From Vitrella brassicaformis CCMP3155 (taxonomy: Eukaryota > Protista > Chromerida), in contig CDMY01000189.1 in the NCBI GenBank assembly GCA_001179505.1, forward strand, positions 62,001-126,000: DNA of 64,000 bases, read 5' to 3'. Shown here piece after piece: positions 23,666 through 36,300 of this stretch. Made by a program: the position numbers and the translations under genes. The notes under the pieces were generated by a model. It worked only from the letters and a program-made list of their open reading frames with translations, was not told the origin of the DNA and searched no databases. Position 1 is the stretch's first letter, and each line of letters starts with the position of its first letter.

Positions 23666-25862
23666 TTGGTGTCCTACTCCTTCCAGTTGGCCTCTTCTTC
23701 CTGGTCCTTCTCCCTGTCCATCTCCTCCAACTGTTTTCTCACCTTCTCCACCAAGCGATGCTTCATGACCGCCTCCGTGAGGTTTGAGGAAGCTTACTCG
23801 GGGCCCTTTTCTTCCTTTGAGGCTGCTCGGGCAACGGGCTTTGCAGCCTGTGGCGCTGGGGTGACGGCCTTCGGGAGCGGAGAAGGGGGCGGGGGTTGGA
23901 CTTCGTGCGTGGCGGCTTCTTCTATGGGTGGCTGTGCGGGTGCAGGTTCGAAACCAGAGCAGCAGCTAGTGTCGCCTCCCTTGATGCAGCACTCTGTGCG
24001 CATCGGGTAGAGGGAGTCGAAGTACAACCTCGCCTGAGCATATATCGATCATCGACAGACATGTCAGCATCCGAACATCTTTTCATTGCCTTAGTTTTAT
24101 TGAGTGTCGTGTTGTACCTGCTCGGGTGTGGGTGCGACCCATTCACCCAAACCGTCACTCCAGACGGTTTGGCTCTTGCGGTCGAACCATGTCTCTCTCG
24201 TGTGGTCGAAGTACCAACCAGTCTCCGGGTGGCGCTCAAAGTCCGGGGCTGCCTCCTGCTGCAGCTGCTGCTGGTGCTGCTGCTGCTCGTCTCGAGGCGA
24301 CACCGGCTTTGCTTGCTCCTCTTCCTGGGTGGTGGTGCTGGTGCTGGTGGTGCTGGTGGTGGGCGCTTTATCATCATCAGCGGCGGCAGCAGCAGCAAGT
24401 GACGCAGGCGAGGATGCGGTTCGCGGCAGAGAGCCGGTGTCGGTCACCCTCCTGTTTTGTTCTCGGGGTATGGTGTCCTCCTGCACTGGTGGCTGCTGGG
24501 CGTGCGTGACGGCGGTCGGCCTGATGGCACCGGCGGCCTGGGGGGCTGGATGGACCGCCACAGGCCGGATGGCCTGAGACGTGGCGGACTTCTGCCACGA
24601 CTGATGCAAGATGGATCCCACGAGAACACACGCCGTGATTGTTAGCCTCTCTCTCTGTGTGTGTGTGTGTGTGCGTGTGTGTGTGGAAGAAGTGTCACGC
24701 CTCACTCACCTCGGCTTCTGCCAGCACCTTCCTTCTGTACTTCTCGAGCTCCTCCTCGGAGACCTTCTCGCGTGCGGGCTCCTCTTTGTCTTTCTTTTTT
24801 TTCTTGCCCTTCTTCCTGGTCTCCCTGACTTTCTTGACGTACTTGGCGCAGCACCGGCACTTGGAGAACACCAGCCGCTCCAGGTTGTCGTTGTAAAGCT
24901 CTAGCAGACGAGAGTAGTCGTCCGCCATTTGTTCGATCTGCGCGGCGGTGTCCTTGGCCGTGACCGTGCTGCGAGAGTTCTGGATGGCCTTGTTGATGAG
25001 GCCACTGATGCGCTGCTCATGCATTGGCTTCAGCAAGAAGCTCTTGGCCTCGGCGAGGCCACCGCTGTTGCAGAGAAAGCGGTAGTCCGACAGCCAAGGG
25101 GCGCTGGCGTTGAAGCGCTCAGCGACCTCGCCATCCGCTGTCTTGATTGTGCGATCGGTCAGTCCCCTGTCGAGTCTGTAGCCGAGGTAGTTGTTGAAGA
25201 TGCTGTTTTCGAGTTTTTCTCGGTAGCGCTTGAGCCGCTGGGAGTAGCACTTGAGGTTGTCCGGACAGGTGGCCTCGGCGCTCTGTCCCTGACCGTAGGA
25301 GCACTCCGCCGCTACACACACACACACACATACACACACACAGAGGGAGACAGACAGACAGAAACAGAGGTGTGTAGTTAGTTACGTCATGGGTGTGTGT
25401 TGGTCTGGCTGGCCGGTCTCCTTCCTTCGTTGCGTGCCTTGTGTGAATTTTATCTTCTGTCTCTGGACGGAGCTCCATTCGGCCTCGTATTTGTTCCTCT
25501 CAGCGGACCTTCTCTCGGGATGGCTGCACACAAATATCTCTGCACACACGCCACGCGTGAGGGAGACGAAGAGACGCGTAGCATCCATCAGTCTAGCAGC
25601 GGAGGCGTTCGGGCAAGACACGCTACCTGCTCCCTCCGGCTGCGTGTCCATTTCAAGCTCGGAGTCACTCGCCTCAACGAGTACGCCTGCATACCACGCC
25701 ACGCACACACGACAATGGCAAGAGAGTCTCTCAGCGCAAAGCACCGTGCGATTGGGTAATATTGGCATCAGCGGCCAGTCGAGGGGCCCGGAGTCCAGCC
25801 GCAGGGCCCAGGACGATGAGCAACACTGCAGGCAGGACTGTGAGGTCCGCCCGCGCCGTCAT
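23666..25862 (-). CDS. Unknown protein with a probable signal peptide, Cys-containing helical region and OCRE-like aromatic repeat
   Basis: Start MTARADLTVLPAVLLIVLGPAAG. Long open exons at 24709-25310 and 24115-24600 with HPETGWYFDHTRETWFDRKSQTVWSDGLGEW. The true start could lie upstream (ORF from 26155). Confidence 0.5.
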
Positions 25863-26353
25863 GATTGCGGTGGGCCGCCGGTGGCAGCCGTTAAGGAATG
25901 ACGAAACCCTGAGCTGCCGCAGCACAACCAGCAGCCGACACTAAGTATACCGGCTTCCTTGAGATAAGAACCCCCCTCCACCTGAGGACGGGGAGTCTCG
26001 CTGAGACGCCCCCCCTCCCCCAGGCCCCCAAGCGCGCTTCTCAGCACCTTTCGGACGTTTGGGCGTCCTCCTTTTCGGTAGTTTCGTTTTGCCGTCCCTC
26101 TTCGACCGACCGACGAGGTGAAGGCAGAGACACGCACAGGAAGATTGGATCTCATCTCAGTCAGCTGACACGCAACACACAGGGCTATCTATGAACAGTC
26201 GGTCAGCTGTGATATATAAAACCACTTACCACCGAATTAGCACAACCAACCCAACCCCTACCCAGCAGCGTAGCGGACACACCCAACCATACATACGGGG
26301 CATATGCATGCCTCTGCGATGGATGCATCCATCCTACGCTGCGGTACGGTACG

Positions 26354-27378
26354 CTACGCCTTGACTTTCTTATCGGGCTTTTCGTCCTTGAGGTCCTCTG
26401 GCCGCATCCCCAGCTGGTTCAAGCAATACAGAACCAGGTCGTCATTTTTCCAGCCACTGCAAGTAAGACACGCGCACACACACACACACACAGACAGAGA
26501 GAGAGAGAGAGATCTGGCGCACCGCGCACATGGTGTCAATGGGCGTGAGGCTGACCGACCGTATGTTGACGTGTTCGTGTTCGTGTGCCTCTGTCTTGTC
26601 AGTCCCCTCCCCCCCAGCACTACTGCTGCTGCTGCTGCTGCTAGCGTCTGCCGCCCTCTGCAGCACGAGTGTGGTCCGCGCCCCCCTGATGTACTTGATG
26701 CTCATCTTCTTGCCGAAACGCGGCACCTCACGACGGATCTGCATGACAACAACAAACAGCACAACCAGGACCACGAGGTCATCGGCGCCTGTGTGTCACT
26801 GGAGAGTGATGGTGTTTGTATGCGTGTGGGTGTGTGGGTGTGGGTGTGCTCACGAAGTGCTCGATGTCCTGATTGAAGCTCGTTTCAGATGGGCACAGGA
26901 CGAGCGTGATCTGCACAGACAGACAGACAGACACTCGTGGCGTGCAACATGGGACACACAAGCAGTGCAAGATTCGGCAGATTCGCTCTCCTTGGCTCGC
27001 TCACTCCCTCACTCACATGAGTTGCCGAGGCCACATTGTCGGCCTTGCAGCACGACTGGCACTCGTCAATCAGCCGCCGGCTCTCCGCCGACTTGGGCAG
27101 CTGCACGCCAACACGAGCACAACTCGAGCACAGCAAACTGAATAAGTGAGTGAAATCAGACAAAGACATCAATCGCCATGAGGCAGGTGGTGTGGTTTGC
27201 GGCACATGATGGATGGTCCTCGCTGCTTGTCTTGTTGTATCTACCTGTCTGTGATGAAGCCCTTCTCTTGGCACGAGAGCGGGTCGGGGACGCCCGCCCT
27301 TGCGATGACATAGTGAGAGCACAAAGGCAGCGCCAAGAGCAGAGGTGTGGCGGCCCACCCCAGATCTCTGCGCTTCAT
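26354..27378 (-). CDS. Sep15/SELENOF-family ER thioredoxin-fold protein without selenocysteine (CPS at the CGU position)
   Basis: Signal peptide, then SCQEKGF..S|LLCSSC..ECQSCC (Cys-rich UGGT-binding region), LVLCPS..IEHF, IKYIRG and WKNDD. Five exons with compatible phases. Confidence 0.85.
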
Positions 27379-27656
27379 TCCGTTCTTCGCGGTTTTTGAG
27401 CTCGCAAAGCTTAGGGTGCTCCCTGAAACCGCTGCGGCTGCAGCCGAGTCGAGAGTCTGTTGATTCCCACGAACCTACAGCAGGTAAACAACGCTAAACG
27501 GGGATTTGCAGCTCGTAGTCGCTCCCCTCATCCGGCCTGGCTCGGACTCTCCTGCTGATCCTGACGCTTCTGGCAAGATCCACTGGCGCACTCAGATCCA
27601 GCCATCCATGTGCGCGACCAACCGCCTTGCGGCGCTCGTCTGAGAGGAGGAGGGCC

Positions 27657-29685
27657 ATGGCAGCCGCAGCCACAGCCACAGCCACAGCCGCCTCTAAGAT
27701 ACCATGGACAGATCTGCAGGTGCCTCCGCCGGAGCTGCAGCCGGAGTTCTGCCTCGTGTCGGGGCAGTGCTTCTCATTCAAGCCGTGCGAGGCTGAGGCT
27801 GGTGCAGTTGAGGCGCCATCTGATGGTGCTGGTGATGGTGTTAGTGACAGCAAGGAGTGGGTGGGCGTGATTGGTAGGGGAGTCTACCACATCAGACAGA
27901 CCGAGCAGACGACTCTGTTCAGGTGAGAACGAACGAACACAGACAGACAGACAGTGAGTGCAATGAATGCATTCATTGGTGCAGTCAGTGCTATCCCTGT
28001 GTGTCTTGTCTGGTCCCCCCAGGTGTCTGCACCACAGTCGGTATTCCAGCGACGGCAGCGAGTGTGTGGCGGAGGTGCGGGAGTTCTTCAGGCTCCACAC
28101 GGAGATGGCGCCGCTGTACAGGAGGTCAGCCGGCACAGCACAGCAACACACAAACACAAGGAGAAGAAGAAGCGCATCATGCATCTGCCTGCCGGTGGGT
28201 GTTCTGTTCTGTGCTTTTCTGTTCTGCAGGTGGGAGGGCGCTGACGCGCGGATGCGGCAGATTGTTCCGGCCCTCAGAGGCGCCAGGGTCATCCAACAGG
28301 TGAACGAAAGGACGAAAGAATGGATAGATGGATGGGCGGATGTCCCGAACTCACTCTCCCTCCCTGCCTCCCTCCCTGTGCTGTCCATTCCATCGGTCGG
28401 TCCCACAGGATGCGACAGAGTGTCTGTTCACGTTCATCTGTTCGTCCAACAACAACATCAGCCGCATCACTCTCATGATCGACCGACTCAAGCGGCACTA
28501 CGGCGACTTAATCGCCACCATCACCAGCCCCACGCCCACACTCACCGGCGCCGCGCTGCAGGAACACCAAGACAGCATCAGCCGAGACGGTGCAGTGCGC
28601 TCGTTGCAACCATGTGCTGGCTGCAGGCGCATCTTGTGTCTGGTTGTGCTGTGGGTGTGCCTGTAAATGGCAGGGAGTGGTGGGGGACTGCGGAGCTCAT
28701 CTGACGAGAGGCGAGCCGAGGAGGAGGGTGGGGGCGGTGAGCATGCGGGCTCGGGCTACAGCTGGTACTCCTTCCCGACTATCGACCGCCTCGCCGCCGC
28801 GTCGGAACAAGGCCTCAGAAGCATTGGTATAGATCGACGAACGACGAACGATCTGCAGAGAGAGATGGCTGCATTGCTATGGTTGGTGTGTGTGTGTGTG
28901 TGTGTGTGTAGGGTTGGGGTATCGCGCCAAATCGGTGGTTGAGACGGCCAAGGCGCTGAAGGAGCTGGGGGGCGAGGCCTTCCTGCAGAAACTGAAATCC
29001 CCGACCATGACGCGGCAGGAAGTGCAGAAGGAACTGCTGCAGTTCAGGTGCCCCCCACAACACATCCATCCATCCATCCATCAATCCCATGTGTGTGTGG
29101 TTCGTGTGGGCAGGGGTGTCGGCCGGAAGGTGGCCGACTGCGTCGGTCTGTTCTCGCTTGACCGGTTCGACGCCATCCCCGTCGACACACACGTGTGGCG
29201 CATCGCCTGCAGGGACTTGGACCGCTCTCTGCAGTCGGCCAAGTCCCTCACGCCGGCCGTCTACGACCGGGTGGGCGACCTCTTTCGCGACAGGTAGGTA
29301 GGAGGGACGCCGAATAGGATGTGTGTGCGCCATGGATGGATGGATGGATGCCATAAGGTATGGCAGCCGCGCCGGCTGGGCGCACTCACTGCTCTTCACC
29401 GCAGAGCTGCCCGCATTCAGGGCCCGCCTGGTACGTCTGTCTTTGTGTGTTGAGCCCCCCCCATTTTTATTCCCCTCTCGTCTGCCCACACCCACTCTCT
29501 CCCTCTCTCTCTGTCAGCCTGCGTCGCTGCAGCAGGAAATGTCGGAGTTTGCTGTCAGTGAGAAAGAGGCGAAGAAGACCGAGCGGGCGGCGCGCAAGAG
29601 GCGGCGGACCGGTGCTGAGGGGGAGGGAGAGGGAGAGGAAGAGGGAGAGGGAGAGGGAGATGGAGGGGGAGACGCTGAGGAGTGA
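27657..29685 (+). CDS. OGG1: 8-oxoguanine DNA glycosylase
   Basis: CLVSGQCF, ECLFTFICSSNNNISRI, FPT, LGYRAK, HhH-GPD motif GVGRKVADCVGLFSL..IPVDTHVWRIA. Confidence 0.95.
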
Positions 29686-30341
29686 GTGACCTGTGGCTGC
29701 CTGTGGTGGCTGTCGAAACGGCTGTGGGCACACACACGCAACCAGGGTGAGGTGAGGAGGGGAGGGGGAGGGGGGAGGGGGAGGGAGGGATCGGGAGTAT
29801 GATGAGAGCACTTCACAGACCTGTGCCGGAGGCATAGCCAGTGGGGACAACACACATACACAAGAACATCTAAGCCTGACCGACCCGACCACACACACAT
29901 TACACGCCGCATCGGTTTCCGCTGTCCGGCGGTCGCGATAATCTCTCTCTCTCTGTGTGTGTAGGTGTGTAGGTGATGGGAAGGAGGAGCCCAGCCGTTG
30001 AGACGATGGATGCCTGTCTGTCTGTGTATGTGTGCCAGTCAGTAGACCGATGGCGGGATGCCTATAGGCACGCGGCGCGTTTGCCGTTTCACGGATTAAT
30101 TCACACACACATGCATGCATCGTGAGCATGGAGTGACGAGTCAGTCAGTGTCTGAGACAGACAAGACAGACAGCAACGAATAGCATTCCAGTCTGCACAC
30201 GAGAGAGACGCACAGCGAGCCATAGCTAACGTGAAGGAAGAAGAAATGCACAACTACACACCACACCACACCACGGCCGCCCCATCCTTATACACAATTA
30301 CACACACACACATCCATCCATCCATCCTTCCATCCACCGCA

Positions 30342-33300
30342 TTATACACCCCCCGGCACAGCAACAGTGGCCAGGGACTCCTGCGATTCGCCCACCTTGA
30401 CCTGCCCCACACTCCCACTCCCCTCGTGGCCATTCGACCGCACATCGCCCCCCACACCCCCTGGCACCACCTGCTGTGTGCCGTTGGTGGTGGTGTGAGA
30501 GTGTGTGTGTGTGTGGGCGGTGTCGTCCTTCTCCTTCTGCACGTCGACAAGGGCCTTGTGCCTCCTGAGAATGTCCTTGATGTCGATTCTCTCGAGCTGG
30601 TGGGGGTGCAGCGGCTGGCTGCACATGGGGCACTGCCCCTCGTTGCCTGCCGCCTCAACCAGAGCGGAATACTGCACACACACGACACACACGTGTGTGC
30701 AGGGTGGAGGGGAGGGGAGATTTGTGTTGGTTGCCCGTCCTGTCTTGTCACCCACCCTTGCTGGAAAGAGGCAGTGGGGGCACTGTGTGGCATCCCCCGC
30801 CACCAGGTGCTTCCCAGACGCTATGCAGAACGGCGAGATGTTCTGATGGATGACATGACACACACAGAAAGGACACACACAGGGGAAGGAGACAATCCAA
30901 TCCACCAAGTGCAATCCATGTGAACACACGGACTTCCGCGTCTGTGATCGATCTCTCCCTCTCTCTCTCTCTCTGTGTGTGCGCCTGTGACGGGCCACCA
31001 CGCACCAGGCAGTGGGGGCACTCCAGCTGGGCCTCGGGCAGCGGCGCCCCACACGTCGGGCACGGCGCGTTGTCGGGCTCCCTCTCCTCCTTGACAGGCT
31101 TGCGCACAATGCTCTCGATCTTCTTCTTGTACTGGTCAGACACATGGGCCCTGGCAGGCCGATCAACACACCACACATCAGACCAAAAAACAGACACAGA
31201 CACAGAGAGACATCTATCTCTCTGTGTGTGGTGTGGTGTGCCTGGAGGGGGAAGCGGTGGGTGGAGGGTGCCTGGGCTTGCCTGTATTCTGGCTTCATCA
31301 GGATGCAGGCGTATTGGTGTGCGGACACCTTGAGGCCGGCGCGCTGGCACTCGACCACTGCGGACGTCAGGATGGGCACCACGTGCTGCTGAAACCTGCC
31401 AGGCAGACAGGCAACCACACACGACACACGGAGGGATGTAGGGATGGAGGGAGGGCGTGTTGGTGTGTTGGTGTGTGGAGGGAAGGGGTGGCCTGCCTGT
31501 GGATGCTTCTTGCGACTCTGAGGAGCATCAGCGCCGCGCCGTAGTGATCCCCGAGCTTCACCAGGCGCTTCACTGACCACCCACCGACACACTCCACCGA
31601 TGTGTCCATCCATCCATCCATCCATCCACATGTGCAGACTCACTCCTGCGCACCTACCCTACCGAGTATATAAGAGTGCAGCAGAGTCAGGTCCGACCAA
31701 AGCGACTGCGGGATGCGCAGACCCGCAGCCTCCAAATCCTGGGTGTGGTGGAATGGAGGCCAGCACACACACACACACAGACGGCATTCACACACAGGGG
31801 GGCCGGGTGTGAGGGGGAGGGGAGGGGAGGGGGGCAGGCAGCTTACCTTGCAGGTCTTGAAAAGGAGCGAATGCGCCACTTGGTACTTGCCGAGGTCCTG
31901 CTCGTTGCGGGCGATGAAGACGGCCGTGCGCGCGGCGCCCTCGTGGTTGCCTAGGGCTAGCTGCAGCCTACACAATCACACACACACATCCCACCCCACA
32001 CACATTGGCGCGGCACAGAAAGTGTTAAAAGGATCGTTCTCCTGCCCCTCTCTCTGTGTCTCTCTCTGTGTGTGAGTACTTTACTTGTAAAGGTAGCTGG
32101 GGTCCTTTGGGACGTTGTCGGTCTCCCCCACCAGGTAGCTCGTGAGGATCCGCGTCAGCAGGTCGTCCCGCGCACGGCCCACAACCGCTATGGCGTTGTC
32201 CAGCTCGGACTCGCCAGCCTGTTGTTCCATTGACACACACACACACACACACACGGTGTCGTGTTGCATTCGGGCGGTGTCGCAACCACACCCACCCACC
32301 CATCCATCCATCCACCCACACACGCACCCTGAGGTAAAGGTTGAGAGCCTGTTTGAAGTGTCCGGCCGTCATGTAGTGCTGCGCCGCCTTGCCCAAGAGA
32401 TGCCGGGTCTCGTAATGCTGCAAAACCATGTCAATCACAACACACACACACGCACACACAAACGCACACCGTCCGGGGGCGTACTGTGGTCACACACACA
32501 CCCGCCCCCCACCACCACCTACCTTTGCGATCCTGAGGTGGATGTCGGAAGTGCCGCCCTCGCCCAGGGCCTTGGCGAAGGCGTCCATCTCGTCGCGGCT
32601 CTCGGCCACCGCAAAGGCCTCCTGAGAGACAGACCACAGACACACACACACAGACAGAGAGAGACACAACACACAGCAGGTGGTGTGGTGTGGTGGTTGC
32701 AGGGAGACCTACCTCCATCTTGCCCGCGAAAAGGAGGAATTCGATGGCACCTGACACGTTGCCCTTGGACCTACCCCCGGCACACAGACAGACAGACAGA
32801 CAGACAGACATACAGACAGCACACAGAGAGGGATGCTCACACCTCACTTGCAGTACTCGGCCACCAGCTCTGCGCCACCGATGGAGTGCGACTTGCGCAC
32901 TATGTCGAACGCCTTGGCCGGGTCATTCAGCTGCTGCAGCTGCACACCACACCGACACACACCAAGAGAGAGAGAGGGAGAGAGAAAGAGAGAGAGACGG
33001 ACGGCACCATCCATCCATCCATCTCAAATGCATTTGTGTGTATGGGTGATTTGTGTCCAAGAGAGCGTACGAAGATCCTGACGACGGCCTCCCAGTCCTG
33101 CGCGGCTTCGTAGGAGGTGGCGGCCTCCATGAAGGCGCCTCTGGACTCCTTGGCTTTGGCGTACTGAGCGTGCAGCTTGGGCGTGCCGATCTTGTGCATC
33201 AGCGGGCCCGCACTGTCGAAGTCCAGATCCTGGCGACAGAACAGACACACACATTGCCAGACACAGAGAGAGAGAGAGTGGGTGGGTGCGTGTGCACCTG

Positions 33301-36300
33301 ACTGACCTGTATGTAAAGCGCCGCGGCCTTCTCAAAGAGCCCCGCCAGCTTGCACAGCTCCGCCGCCTCGCCCCGCTGGTTGACCCCCTCCAGCAGGGCC
33401 GCACACTCGCGCACCACGCCCATGGCCGCCTGACGCACCCCTGCAGGCCTCGAAGGGTCGTGCGCCGTCCTGCTGATCTCAGAGGCGATGGCCATGCCTC
33501 TGCTGGTGTCGCCCACGCGGAGGCAGGAGCGGGCGAGCCCGGCGCTGGCCTGCAGGTTATGGTGCTCGAGCTGGGGGTGCTTGTGGATGTCGTCTGGTGA
33601 GAGGCCGTGGATGTGGGCCTGCTCGTAGTGGGAGAGGGCCTGCTCGAACTCGCCTTTCTGCTCCATCTGGGCCGCGCAGCGGAGGTACACCTCTGGCAAC
33701 CGGTGAGGCGCCATCGACTGCTTGACACACACACACACACACACACACACATGAACGAATCGACCCTTACTTCCTCTCTCTCTGTGTGGCCGGGGGAGAG
33801 AGAGGACCTTTGCCAGTTTGAGGGCCTGGTCCCACTGCTGCAGGTCCCAGTGCAGGTCGAGCGCACACTCGGGGCAAGACGACGCCATGAACAATTCCTG
33901 CGCCTCGCGGAACCTCTCCAAGTGAACTGACCAACGAACGCACCCCCCCGACACACACACATACACACACGTGGATGGATGGATGGATGGATGGGCTGGT
34001 GCGTGCGCGGCGCACCTGCGATATGTGCCCTCAGCAGCAGTTTCTCCTCGACGGCCATGAGCTTCTGCACCCATGTGACCATGTCCGGCCGCCTGAGCTT
34101 CCTGTAGGCCTGCAGCGCCACCTCCAGCTCCATCAGCTCGAGGCACCGACGCGCCAGACGCGACAGCAGCGCCTCTACGGGGGGCATGTTGTCGGCTGAC
34201 GAGGCCTTCTCCAGTTCCATTAGGCACATCAAGGCCGCCTGAATGACACACAGACAGACAGACAGACAGACGCTGTCTGTTGGTGTGGGTGTGGGCGGCC
34301 CCCTCCCCCTCTCCCTGCCCCTCCCTGAGCTCTCAATTACCTGGGCCCTCCCAAGCGCCAGGTTCTGCCTGAACTCGCTAAACACCCTCTGAGCATCATC
34401 ACCACCACCACCACCAGCAGGAGACCCCTCAGGCATCAGCAGTGCATCGTGACATCCCTGCAGAGGGGCGGGAAGGGGCAGCGCGTCATGCGACTTGAGT
34501 CTCATGGCGGCCAGCTGTCCGTTTGGCTGTTGCGCGAGCAGGATGCCGTCGTAGAGGAGGATGGGCGCGTTGCCGGGGGGGAGGGCGGTGGTGCAGGGGT
34601 GTTGCGAGGGGTGCTGTGATGGGTCGTCGTCACTCCTTCCCAGGTCGATGCTGCACACCTGATGGATGGATGGATCCACACACACACACACACAGACACG
34701 AGTGGAGGGTTTCTAGAGTAGTGTGTGTTGGCCTCTCTCGCACACACACGCGCCTGAGTGATCTTGGGCCCGTCGATGGTGTTGTGGCTATAGAGGAAGG
34801 GCACCACCAGCTGCGCGTCGCACGCCGCGAACAGCGAGGGCATGGCCACGTCCCACAACACCGTGTGCGCCGTTCTGGGGTACTCGGGGATCCTAACACA
34901 CACAGAGAGAGTGAGGGGGCCGCCGCGCCTGTGTGTGTGGGGGGGTGGGGGGTGGGGGGTGGCTGTGTGGCCTACGGCAGACAGTTGTCGTCAATGGGAT
35001 TGTAGAGCGCGGCGCTGCCCTGCACGTCGATGAGGACCACTCGGGTGCCGGTGGGGCTGGGGAATATCTTCGAGACCCTCTGCGAATGCCGGTACTCATT
35101 CACCACCTCCCCACCCTGCTTGTTCGATCCACACACACACACACACACACACGGATGGATGGATGGATGGATGGCCGGCTCACGCACCGACCGTACCGTG
35201 ATGTCGTAGAACTGTATGGCGGTGCCGCCCTGGATGAAGATGAGAAAAGGCCCGGCCACCGTCGGCTCGCTGATGGGCTTGTCGGTGTCCTTCCGCGGCA
35301 GCACCTCCATCCCGCTGCCGTCGCCCCCGGCCGCATCAATGCGGTGCACTACCACCTGCCACACACACACACACACACACACACACATGGGGGTTCCTTC
35401 TGGGATGGATGGATGGATGGACGGATGGGCGGATGGGGTCCCAGCGCAGCTCACCTTTCCCTCGGTTGACACGACGGCGTGTGTGTCGGTCAGCGCGACT
35501 CTGTCAACGGAGCCCACGTACGTCTGCCGCCCCACCAACACGCCCTGACAACACCACACCACAGCCAGCCACACACCAATACTACTACTTACTGTCAACT
35601 CAACTCAACAACAGCAGCCAGCCATTTTGCACTGTGTGTCACTTCTTTACCCCATTTGCAGCAGCGTTGGACGGTGTCGGCGAGTGGCATCTATAGTACC
35701 AGACGGTGTTGTTCATGCCTGCGGCGCAGTGGCTCGGCCCCAAAGCCAGGAAACCCGGCTCGACCTCCGTCTGCAGCAGCGCCTTGGCGACGGCCTTGTC
35801 GCGAGAACCGTCCTCCAAACCGTCTGCAGCGAGTCATTGCAGTCAATGCAGTCAGTGCTGGCTGCATCAACTCTCTGTGTGAGTGAGTGGTCTGGAGGGT
35901 GGCTGGCTGACCGACGACGGTTATCTCGGTTAGGGAGGTGAGGAAGGCCACTTGAGTGCCGCTTACCGCCGACAGGGCGGTCAGCTTGGTCAGCAGGGAA
36001 TGCACGTAGCCTACACACACACCCCCCCCCCCACACACACACAAANNNNNNNNNNNNNNNNNNNNNNNNNNNNNNNNNNNNNNNNNNNNNNNNNNNNNNN
36101 NNNNNNNNNNNNNNNNNNNNNNNNNNNNNNNNNNNNNNNNNNNNNNNNNNNNNNNNNNNNNNNNNNNNNNNNNNNNNNNNNNNNNNNNNNNNNNNNNNNN
36201 NNNNNNNNNNNNNNNNNNNNNNNNNNNNNNNNNNNNNNNNNNNNNNNNNNNNNNNNNNNNNNNNNNNNNNNNNNNNNNNNNNNNNNNNNNNNNNNNNNNN

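Noticed and set aside
26300-26315. TGCATG/TGCATGCA ApiAP2-like motifs here and near 30110
   Set aside because: Short, frequent in this genome, and lying in 3' or intergenic positions without consistent placement.
34659-34753. Possible GC-AG intron in IFT144 (CAG|GCGCGT)
   Set aside because: A GT donor 6 nt downstream preserves the frame, so it cannot be decided without reads.
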